NCBI GenBank assembly: GCA_963783375.1
Contig: CAWANH010000017.1
Location: 87,163-151,162 of the forward strand
Origin: Candidatus Eiseniibacteriota bacterium
Lineage (GTDB): Bacteria; Eisenbacteria; RBG-16-71-46; JABDJR01
Length of the DNA: 64,000 nucleotides
Direction: 5' to 3'
Shown here one piece after another: positions 21,642-30,237 of the stretch. A model generated the notes under the pieces. That model was not told the origin of the DNA and searched no databases. It was given only the letters and a program-made list of their open reading frames with translations. A program made the translations under genes and the position numbers. Numbering within the stretch: the first letter of the stretch is position 1; each line of letters opens with the position of its first letter.

Positions 21642-22646
21642 CCGTGAACCGGGACCCGGGAGGCCCGCCGGCGCCGGTCCTGAGCGTGATCGCGCCCTGT
21701 TACAACGAACAGGACGCCCTGCCGTTGTTTCTGGAGTCGCTCCTCCCGGTCCTCGACCGGTCGGGCGACCCCTTCGAGGTCATCCTGGTGGACGACGGCT
21801 CCACCGACCGCACCTTCGAGGTGATCCGTTCCTGGGCGGAGCGGCGCCGGGAGATCCGCGGCATCCAGCTCTCGCGGAACTTCGGGCACCAGGCCGCCCT
21901 CACCGCCGGTCTGGACGCGTCCCGGGGCGAGGCCACGATCACCATGGACGCGGACCTCCAGCACCCGCCCGAAGTGATCCCCGCGACTTCTGGCCGCCTG
22001 GCGCGCCGGCGCGGAGGTCGTGCTCACCGAGCGCCGCGACCGGGAACGGACGCCGTTCTTGAAGCGCGTCACCTCGGCCGCGTTCTACCGGCTGCTGGCG
22101 CGGGTGTCGAAGATCGACATCCGGCCGGGCGCCTCGGACTTCCGGCTCCTGGACCGCCGCGTGGTGCGCGCGTTCTCCGAGGTCCGCGAAACCCACCGGC
22201 TCCTGCGGGGCTTGGTTCTGTGGTCGGGCTTTCGGCGGGCCACCGTCCCGTTCGTGGTGGGCGAGCGCGCGGCGGGAGCGTCGAAGTACGACGTGAAGCG
22301 CATGATGAACCTGGCCATGGACGGCATCTTCTCCTTCACCACCCTGCCGCTCCGGACCGCGATCGGGATCGGGCTGACGACCTCGGTCCTGGCCCTCCTG
22401 TACCTGATCTATGCCCTGGGCGTTCGCTTTCTCCACCCGCGGCTCGCCGTCCCCGGCTGGACCTCCATCCTGGGCGCGGTCCTCCTGATCGGGGGGGTGC
22501 AGCTCACGTTCCTGGGCATTCTCGGAGAGTACGTGGTGCGGATCTACGAGCAGGTGAAGGAACGCCCCCTGTACCTGGTGCGGCGGAGAGCGCCCGAAGA
22601 CGATCCGGACGCGACGGCCCCTCCCCGGACCGCATCGCGGCGGTAG
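21638..22646 (+). CDS. GT2 polyprenol-phosphate glycosyltransferase (GtrB/ArnC-like); frameshift near 21985
   Basis: VIAPCYNE, VDDGSTD, LSRNFGHQAALTAG, MDADLQHPP; after the frame change DFRLLDR, two TMs and GILGEY..RIY..VK.RP.Y. Confidence 0.92.
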
Positions 22647-22679
22647 CCGGGGTCGTTTCGGCCCCGGGGTCCCGGCCGC

Positions 22680-24272
22680 TCAAAACGCCTGGGAGCTGGA
22701 GAACGAAATCAGAACGTTCCGCCGTCCCTCTGGGTCCGGGGAGAGCGGCCAGGCGGCGTCCATCCGGAACAGGCTATGGACCGAGGCCCGGGGAAGCGCC
22801 AGGCGGAGCCCCACCCCGACGTCGCTCTTCACCCGATCGAGTCGAAGAGCGCTTCCCTCCGGGGCGGCGGCTCCCGCGTCGAAGAAGATCGCCGCCCCGG
22901 GGGACAGGACCTGGAAGATCTCCCGCCCCGTGAACACCCGGTGCTCCAGGTTCAGGATCACGCTCTTGTTCCCCTCGTAGGCCCAGAGGCGATAGGCGCG
23001 GAGCCCGGTGTCGCCGTCGACGAAGAACTGCACGTCACGGTCCAGGTCCCACCCGCGGGCCACCGCCAGCCGGCCCACCAGGGTCTGGGGGAGGACGGTC
23101 CCGAAGCGGTGCACGTAACGGGCCTCGTCACGGAGCACCGCGTTCGCGCGCGGGTCGCCGATCCGGCTCTGGCCGGTGATCCGGTTCAGGATGAAGGTCC
23201 CCGCCCCCAGGTGCGCGCCCACCGAAGCCTCGGCGGTGACGAGCCCGGTGGCGCGGGCGACCGCGCCCCAGGCCGGGGAGATGCCAAGGAGGACCGATCC
23301 CCGCGGTCCCAGGTTGAAGTCCTGGTAGCGGGAGTCGCGGTCCACGTAGTCGAGCTTCACGAGGTCGTTCACCACGCTCTCGGCGCGGACGAAGAGATAG
23401 CCGTAGCGCCGGTCGGCGGGGTGCGGATCGTCCTCGCGTCCGGGGAGGGTCCGGAAGCGGTCCTCGAGCCACAGGAACCCGACCCCCAGGCGCCGCGCGG
23501 TGAGCGGGGTGCGATGAACCGCCGCGCCGAGTTCCACGCGATAGCCCCGATGCTCCTGCCGGTATTCCGAGATCGCCTCCCCGTCCCGGTAGATCCGATC
23601 GTTGCCCCGGGAGACGTCGTAGAGGAGCGCTCCGGCGCGGGCGGTGGAGACCGAGGAGAATCGCCGCTCGATCCCGCCCTGATCCTTCCTTCCGTCGGAG
23701 TTCTCGGAGTGGAACACCCACCCGCGCCGGTAGGGGCCGAACAGGTTGGGGTCGGTGAAGGCGAAGCTCCGGGAGATGCGGGTGGCCTCCTCGTCGTAGC
23801 GGATCTCCGTTTCCCGGCCCGTTCCCAGGATGTCCCGCTCCACCAGGGACACCCCGAAGGTCGAGACCCCGCCCTTTCGGCTCACGGTGAGCGAGGGCTC
23901 GGTGGTCCAGGTGTCCTGGGTGGTCACCGTCACGTCCACCACCCCGTCACGGGGCGGGCCGGCGACCACCGAGGCCTCCTTGATGAACCGCAGCGCCCGC
24001 AGGTTCCGTTCGGTCTCGGCCAATTGCTCGGGCTCGTACCGGTCGCCCGAATGGAAGAGGAGGAACTTGCGGATGACGGCCGGGCGGGTCTTCACGTGGA
24101 TGGCGGCGGCGGCCCGGTAAGGCCAGCCCGCCGCGCGCTCCGCGGGGGTGTACACGTCCAGGGTGCGAACGGTGATCGTTCCCACCCGGAGGGGTGGCGG
24201 CGCCGGGGTGGCGGCGCTTGGGCCGGAGAGGCCGAGGATCCCGGCAAGGATCATGAAGAGATATCGCGGCAT
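22680..24272 (-). CDS. Omp85/BamA-TamA family outer membrane protein with POTRA-like domain
   Basis: Signal peptide, KTR..VIR..LLF..GD, ETERNLR, LRAY, DVGVGLR, C-terminal Phe. Confidence 0.82.
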   Translation of the reverse strand: MPRYLFMILAGILGLSGPSAATPAPPPLRVGTITVRTLDVYTPAERAAGWPYRAAAAIHVKTRPAVIRKFLLFHSGDRYEPEQLAETERNLRALRFIKEASVVAGPPRDGVVDVTVTTQDTWTTEPSLTVSRKGGVSTFGVSLVERDILGTGRETEIRYDEEATRISRSFAFTDPNLFGPYRRGWVFHSENSDGRKDQGGIERRFSSVSTARAGALLYDVSRGNDRIYRDGEAISEYRQEHRGYRVELGAAVHRTPLTARRLGVGFLWLEDRFRTLPGREDDPHPADRRYGYLFVRAESVVNDLVKLDYVDRDSRYQDFNLGPRGSVLLGISPAWGAVARATGLVTAEASVGAHLGAGTFILNRITGQSRIGDPRANAVLRDEARYVHRFGTVLPQTLVGRLAVARGWDLDRDVQFFVDGDTGLRAYRLWAYEGNKSVILNLEHRVFTGREIFQVLSPGAAIFFDAGAAAPEGSALRLDRVKSDVGVGLRLALPRASVHSLFRMDAAWPLSPDPEGRRNVLISFSSSQAF

Positions 24273-24567
24273 GGGGGGATTCTGAGCCTTCGGGGGGGGT
24301 GAAGGAAGGGGGGCCCGATTGGCGCCGGCGCCACCGGTCCGCGACTCGGTGATCCGTCGCGCCCGTCCGCGGGCTCCGGCTTGGTCCCGGTCGCTCGTGC
24401 CGGGAGCGGAGCGTCTGTTCTTCCGGCCCGGGAGTGGGATAGACTCTCTGTCGCTTCAGGAAATGTTCAGGTCGCGGTTCGGAACCGCCGGACGGCGGAA
24501 GCCCGGCCCGGTTCCTCAGGGGAAACGAACCCGGCGTCAGTCAATCGTTCGTGAACAAGGAGGGAAG

Positions 24568-25104
24568 ATGAAATCGGTGCTGTCGGTGTTGGTCCTGGCC
24601 GCCCTGGTGGGTCTTGACATGCTTCCGGGAGCGGCTCAGGCCGAAGGCTCGGCCAAGCCGATCCAGATCGCGCTTTGGAACCCGGTCCAGATCGTTCCCG
24701 AGTCGCAGGCCGTCCACGGGGTGCGGTTGAACCTGCTCTACGGCGTGAACGCGGAGATGCATGGTCTCGACGTCGGCCTCATCAACCAGACCAACGGCGA
24801 GTTCAAGGGATTCCAGTACGGCCTGGTCGGGCTTACCCAGGGGAACTTCACCGGATGGTCCGACAACTTCGTCGGGATCATCGACGGAAAGATGACCGGG
24901 CTTCAGACCGGCTTCTACAACAGCGCCGACGACGCGGAGGGGTTCATGTGGGGGGCGGTCAACATCACCCAGCACATGTCCGGCTTCCAGCTCGGCCTCT
25001 TCAACATGACCCAGACCCTCTACGGACTCCAGATCGGGATCGTGAACGTGGTGCAGCAGAAGGAGAAGTTCCCGGTGCTGCCCATCGTGAACTGGTCTTT
25101 CTGA
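24568..25104 (+). CDS. Secreted Gly/Asn-rich repeat protein (LA_2272/VC2662-like)
   Basis: AAGGAGG RBS, signal peptide, G.Q.G..N repeats, C-terminal LPIVNWSF. Confidence 0.8.
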   Translation: MKSVLSVLVLAALVGLDMLPGAAQAEGSAKPIQIALWNPVQIVPESQAVHGVRLNLLYGVNAEMHGLDVGLINQTNGEFKGFQYGLVGLTQGNFTGWSDNFVGIIDGKMTGLQTGFYNSADDAEGFMWGAVNITQHMSGFQLGLFNMTQTLYGLQIGIVNVVQQKEKFPVLPIVNWSF

Positions 25105-25179
25105 TCGAGGGAGAGGCAAATCGAGACGCCGCGGCGCGTGTCCCGCCGCGGCGTCGGGAGGCCGGCCGCGTCCGGTCCG

Positions 25180-25768
25180 TCAGCGGGCGGAGAGCGGCAG
25201 GGTGAGGGAAAGCCCGAACCCCGCGCCGCCGCCGGACGAACCGTAGAGTCGTGGGGCCCACCGCACCCGCTCCCATCTCTCGATCCGGGTCCCGGAGCCG
25301 ATGAGGGCCCCGATCGCCGCCCCGGTGAAGGCGCCGATGAGCATGGCCCCGCCGCTGTTGTCGTGGGGCCGGTCGAAGGCGTGGGGGTCGTCGAGGTTCC
25401 CGGAGACCGTGGGCGTGCTGCTGGCCAGCGCCCCGATCACGATTCCCGCCACCAGCCCGCCCGCCGCGCCGACCGCCGTCCCCCGCATGGTGCCGCGGGA
25501 GACCTCGAGGTCGGCGACATCGTACCAGGGAACGTAGACCGACGCCCGGGCCGTCGTCGAGCTGCACCAGGATGCCGCTCCGATCCGCCACCACCACGCT
25601 TCCCTCCTGGTGGCGGAGGTCCAGCTGCCGGGTGGTCACGCGGATCCGGGTGTCGGCGCGGAGAAGCGCGTCGGCTTCGGCCGCCGGGCCGCCGTTCGCG
25701 CCGTTCGAGGCCTCGGCGAGGCGAACACCGGCGCAGAGGAGAACCGCGAGCAATACCGTTCGTTTCAT
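25180..25768 (-). CDS. Hypothetical exported protein with glycine-zipper helices; frameshift near 25545
   Basis: Signal peptide MKRTVLLAVLLCAG; second half (VPWYDVADLEVSRG...GAFTGAAIGALIG...ERWE) lies in a different frame. Confidence 0.6.
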
Positions 25769-25845
25769 GACGCGCCCCCTTCCCCCCGCAGACGCCGCCG
25801 CGGGCTTCCTGATCCCCTGGGTCTGGACCCCTTGTCTTCCGCTAT

Positions 25846-25861
25846 TTCAAGTTGCGTGCCA
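25846..25861 (-). promoter_or_regulatory. Possible sigma-54 promoter
   Basis: TGGCACGCAACTTGAA versus consensus TGGCACG-N4-TTGC (GA instead of GC at -12), ~80 bp upstream of ATG 25768. Confidence 0.45.
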
Positions 25862-26142
25862 TTCGGGGCGGCGGGGGTTCGACGGGGGAAGAGGCTGTGG
25901 AATGGGCGGTTGGATTCGCGGCGCTTCGGGGCGCGGGCGCCGGGAAGAATCAGCGCCGCGGCCGGGCGGCCGCACCTGTGGAGGACGCGCCACAGGTCGA
26001 GGGGGCTCCGGCTCGGGAATGAAACGGGGGAGGGCGGCGGGCCGCCCTCCCCGGGGAATCAATCGTCGGCGTGGGGATTCAACATGCCAACCGGCTGCGG
26101 GGCGATTCCCCACCCCACCGGACGGCAAGTGGCTTGATCACC

Positions 26143-26748
26143 CTAGCCGGCCGCGTGAGGGTTCACCACCGCGCAGAGGAAGTAGAGGTGGGCGTCGACC
26201 TTGACCGCCAGGGGCGCCCCGCTCGGCAGGTGCATGCCGAGGAGGTTGTTCACCGCTTCTTCCGAGGTGATCGGGAGCTGGGCCGCGATGGCCGCGCTGA
26301 TCTGGGCGTTCACCGCCTGGTCCTGGCCGTAGGCCGGAACGATCACCCAGACGTGCCAGAGGGGGGAGTACTCGCCGTGGCCCGGGCTCGAGGGGATCGA
26401 GTCGAGGATGTGGTCGTGATAGTCGGTGAAGTCGATCCCGTTCCCCTCGTGGTCGCAGGGATTGCACTGGGGCGGCGGGACGTTCAGGTTTTCCCACCCG
26501 ATCGGGTAGACCACCTCGTAGAGGTCGGCCTGGGCCCCCTCGGGCGCATGGTTCGGAACCTCGATGGCGTTGATCTTCACCGTGGTGCCGTCGTAGTACG
26601 CGTCTTCGTATCCGGGTTTCGCGGTCGGGGCCACCGTCGCGCCGGGCTGGGGAGCCAGCGTCGCCGCGGTGGGGATCGAGGACGTGTCCTGGGAACAGCC
26701 TCCGACAAGGAGGGCGGATGCGAGCACAGCGATGCCGAGGATTCGCAT
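26143..26748 (-). CDS. Lipoprotein of unknown function with Cys/His cluster
   Basis: ATG 26748 after GGAG; lipobox LVGGC; CNPCDH, YHDH, YSPLWHV and C-terminal FLCAVV motifs. Confidence 0.75.
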   Translation of the reverse strand: MRILGIAVLASALLVGGCSQDTSSIPTAATLAPQPGATVAPTAKPGYEDAYYDGTTVKINAIEVPNHAPEGAQADLYEVVYPIGWENLNVPPPQCNPCDHEGNGIDFTDYHDHILDSIPSSPGHGEYSPLWHVWVIVPAYGQDQAVNAQISAAIAAQLPITSEEAVNNLLGMHLPSGAPLAVKVDAHLYFLCAVVNPHAAG

Positions 26749-27376
26749 GATCTTCTCCATTGATCCGATCTCGAAATCGAGTCGGGTCATGATGTTTCGA
26801 GTAAATGCCGCCGGGATGGGGGGCGGCAGGATGCTATCGGTGAGGGTCTGGGAACGGCGGGCCGCGGGTGGACGATTCGGGTGCGCGGATGCCGGGGCGT
26901 AGCCGGAGGGGATTCGCCGGTGTGCAGAGGACCGGCCCGAATCGGCCGGCGGGAGACAGTGGATCCCAGGCCGCGCGAGACGTCGTTCGCGCTCGAGGAA
27001 CGGGTCTGGCCGCCGGGTCAGAGCGGGATGGGGGTCGGAAACCGACCGGTAGCGGCAATTCATGGCTTTTTGATGCGGGGCACCGCCGCACAAGGATTCA
27101 ACGATATGCTTCGGGAAGGGCCGAAGCAACGGGAAAACGTTTACAGACGCATTCCCCGGGCGCGACTCCCGATCTGCGAAGCCCATGCGCCTTCCCCGGC
27201 CGGCGCTCGCGGTTCGATCGTCGCTCACCCGGCGCGCCGACAAACCGCATTTCCTGCGAGATCGTCCTCCTCCGCGGGAGGGGGGTTCTGGTGTATTCTC
27301 GTGGCCGGTTCCTCTTTGCCGACATTCCGCCGGTCCCGAGCCGCCTCGGGAGCGGCCCTCGCGAAGGAAACAGTCC

Positions 27377-29101
27377 ATGCCCGGCACGCCGCCCCGACTC
27401 GAGCCATCCGCACTCCGAGACGAAATCCTGGGGAGCAACTCGCTCTTCCGGACGCCGTTCGGCAAGCGATTGATGGTATATGCGGACTACACCGCCTCGG
27501 GGCGGAACGTTCGGTTCATCGAACGCTACCTCCTGCGGATCGAGGAGAGCTACGCCAACACCCACACCGAGGACGACGAAACCGGCCGGAGCACCACCGA
27601 GATGCTCCACCGGGCCGAGCGCATCATCAAGGCGGCGGCGAACGGGAACGAGGACACCTGCATCGTGGCGGTGGGAAACGGGTCCACCGGAGCGGTCCAG
27701 AAGCTCCAGGAGATCCTCGGGGTCTACGTGCCGCCGGCCACCCGGGAGCGGATCCGCACCCAGTTCGACCGGGCCTGCTCCGAGGCGAACGCGAACGCGC
27801 CGGACTTCTCCGCCTTCATGGACGCGTGCTCGCCGGTGGTGTTCGTGGGTCCCTACGAGCACCACTCCAACGAGATCTCCTGGCGGGAGTCCCTGGCCGA
27901 GGTGGTGGAGATCGCGCTCGGTGCCGACGGGGGGATCGACCTCGAGGATCTCGATCGCCGGCTGGCCGATCCCCGATACGCCGGCCGGACGAAGATCGGG
28001 GCGTTCTCCGCCGCCTCGAACGTGACCGGCATGAAGTCGCCGGTCTACGAGATGGCCCGCATTCTGCATCGCCACGACGCCCTGGCCTGTTTCGACTTCG
28101 CCGCCTGCGCGCCCTACCTGCGCATGGACATGAACCGGGACGCCGAGTCCTACCTCGACGCGGTGTACTTCTCCCCCCACAAGTACCTGGGGGGGCCCGG
28201 CTCCACCGGCATCCTGCTCTTCAATCGCCGGATCTATCGCTCCGATCTCCCGCCGACCTTCGCGTCCGGAGGCACGGTGGACTACGTGGGGTTCACCGGC
28301 CAGGAGTATACCCAGGACATCGAGGCGCGTGAGAAGGCGGGGACCCCGGGAACCCTGCAATTGATGCGGGCGGCCCTGGCCATGGAACTGGCCGAGGCGG
28401 TGGGGTACGAGGAGATCGAGCGGATCGAGCGGGAGCACATCCGGGCGGCCATGAAGCGGCTGGGGGATCATCCGGGGATCGAGATCCTCGGAAACCCCGA
28501 CCCCGACCGGCGGATCGGCATCATCTCCTTCAACCTCCGTCACGGGGACCGCTACCTGCATCCCAAGCTGGGAACCCGGCTCCTGAACGATCTCTTCGGC
28601 ATCCAATCCCGGGCCGGCTGCTCCTGCGCCGGCCCCTACGGCCACCATCTCCTCCAGATCACCGCTCCGGTCTCCGACCGCTACCGGGACCGGATCGTGG
28701 CCGGGTGCCAGGGGGTCAAGCCGGGGTGGATCCGGGTGGGGTGCCACTACTCCATGGACGACCTGGACCTGTCCTATCTCTGCCGGGCGGTGGAGTTCCT
28801 GGCCGACCATGGCCCGCGGTTCATTCCGCTCTACCGCTTCGATCTCGGGACCGGGGCGTGGAGCCATCGGGACGCCGCGGAGGGCGAGCCGCCCAGATTC
28901 GGACTGGAGTGCGCGCTGGAGGCCCGCCGGGAGGAGCTCCCCGGCATTTCCCGCGACGAGCGGAGCGCCCTCTACGAGTCCTACCTCGCCGAGGCGCGCC
29001 GGCTCGCCGACGCCCTGGCCGCGGGGCCGACCCCCGCCTTCCGCCCGCTTCCCGGGGATCTGGAGCCCCTCGCCTTTTTCCGGGTGGTCGACTACTCCTG
29101 A
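27377..29101 (+). CDS. Class V PLP aminotransferase / cysteine desulfurase-like protein
   Basis: YADYTASG, YANTHTE, EHHSN, SAASNVTG, SPHK (PLP Lys), RAGCSCAGPY. Confidence 0.9.
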   Translation: MPGTPPRLEPSALRDEILGSNSLFRTPFGKRLMVYADYTASGRNVRFIERYLLRIEESYANTHTEDDETGRSTTEMLHRAERIIKAAANGNEDTCIVAVGNGSTGAVQKLQEILGVYVPPATRERIRTQFDRACSEANANAPDFSAFMDACSPVVFVGPYEHHSNEISWRESLAEVVEIALGADGGIDLEDLDRRLADPRYAGRTKIGAFSAASNVTGMKSPVYEMARILHRHDALACFDFAACAPYLRMDMNRDAESYLDAVYFSPHKYLGGPGSTGILLFNRRIYRSDLPPTFASGGTVDYVGFTGQEYTQDIEAREKAGTPGTLQLMRAALAMELAEAVGYEEIERIEREHIRAAMKRLGDHPGIEILGNPDPDRRIGIISFNLRHGDRYLHPKLGTRLLNDLFGIQSRAGCSCAGPYGHHLLQITAPVSDRYRDRIVAGCQGVKPGWIRVGCHYSMDDLDLSYLCRAVEFLADHGPRFIPLYRFDLGTGAWSHRDAAEGEPPRFGLECALEARREELPGISRDERSALYESYLAEARRLADALAAGPTPAFRPLPGDLEPLAFFRVVDYS

Positions 29102-30165
29102 CCGCCCCCTCCGAAGGCGAGCCCCCGCTCATGGCCCAGGAGCGCCTCCTTCCGCCAGAGACCGCCTCCGTAGCCCACCAGCTTGCCGTCGTGACCCACC
29201 ACGCGATGGCATGGAAGGAGGATGGCCAGCCGGTTGTCCCCGTTGGCCCGTCCCACCGCGCGCACCGCGGCGGGGCGGCCGATCCGGCGGGCCAGGGTCT
29301 CGTAGCTCACGGTGTCGCCGTAGGGGATGGCGGCGAGGCCTCGCCACACCGCGCGCTGGAACTCGGTGCCGCGAAGGACGAGGGGGACGTCGAAGCGTTT
29401 CCGTTCCCCCGCGAAATACTCCCGTAGCTCCTCGCCCAGCCGGACCAGGTGCTCGTTCTCTCCGGGGGCGAACCGGGCGTCCAGGAGCTTTCGGAGCCGG
29501 CGGATCTGGGTCTCCAGCATGCGGCGGTCGGCGAACTCCAGCAGGCAGACGCCCTCCTCGGTGGCCGCGGCCACCATGGGTCCGAGGGGGGAGAGGATCC
29601 GGGTGGTGACCACCAGGGCGGCCCCGCGGCTCCGTCCCGGGGCGTCGCCGAAGTGGCGGGCGAAGGCGTCCCGGAACCCGCTCGGGGACTCGTAGCCCGC
29701 GTCGTAGGCGGTCTCGGTGAGGTCGCCGCCCAGGCGGATGTTCCCCAGGGCGAGCCCCAGGCGCCGCGCCCGGAGGTAGGCGTGAAAGGTCATGCCGTGC
29801 CGGGCCTTGAACCAGCGCCGGACCCGCCCCGGGTCGATCCCCCGCTCGCGGAGGTCGGCTTCGGTCCAGCGGCGGGACGGGTCGTGATCGACGTCGGCCA
29901 GGAGGCCGCGGAGCCATGCCGGCGGCTCGCCCCGGGGTTCCAGCGGCCGGCACCGGCGGCAGGGCCGGTAGCCCGCGGCGGCGGCGTCCCGCGCCGAGGG
30001 GTAGAACTCGACGTTCTCCGGGCGCGGCCGCCGCGCGGCGCAGGTCGGCCGGCAGAAGATCCGGGTGGTCCGGACGGCCACGAAGAAGACCCCCTCGTAG
30101 GCGGGATCCCGCTCCGCGAACGCCCGGCGCATCTCTTCGGTGGAGGGCATGTTCATGGTGATCAT
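29092..30165 (-). CDS. ada: Bifunctional Ada transcriptional activator / O6-methylguanine-DNA methyltransferase
   Basis: FCRPTC...RPCRRC Zn site, AraC HTH (GYES.SGF), PCHRV active site. Confidence 0.95.
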   Translation of the reverse strand: MITMNMPSTEEMRRAFAERDPAYEGVFFVAVRTTRIFCRPTCAARRPRPENVEFYPSARDAAAAGYRPCRRCRPLEPRGEPPAWLRGLLADVDHDPSRRWTEADLRERGIDPGRVRRWFKARHGMTFHAYLRARRLGLALGNIRLGGDLTETAYDAGYESPSGFRDAFARHFGDAPGRSRGAALVVTTRILSPLGPMVAAATEEGVCLLEFADRRMLETQIRRLRKLLDARFAPGENEHLVRLGEELREYFAGERKRFDVPLVLRGTEFQRAVWRGLAAIPYGDTVSYETLARRIGRPAAVRAVGRANGDNRLAILLPCHRVVGHDGKLVGYGGGLWRKEALLGHERGLAFGGGGQE

Positions 30166-30237
30166 GGAGCGAGCGTAGCCGCGCCCGCCCGCCCCGTTCC
30201 ACCGATTTTCGCGCGCCGAATCAGACCGCCCCGTCCC

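Noticed and set aside
26760-27370. Riboswitch or ncRNA in the long intergenic region
   Set aside because: Only isolated hairpins (e.g. GCTTCGG/CCGAAGC); I could not match SAM, c-di-AMP, c-di-GMP or cobalamin consensus by eye. An Rfam scan would settle it
27377-29101. PLP enzyme as the EgtE-like C-S lyase partner of egtD
   Set aside because: It lies 30 kb away, belongs to a widespread desulfurase-like group, and nothing in the sequence links the two
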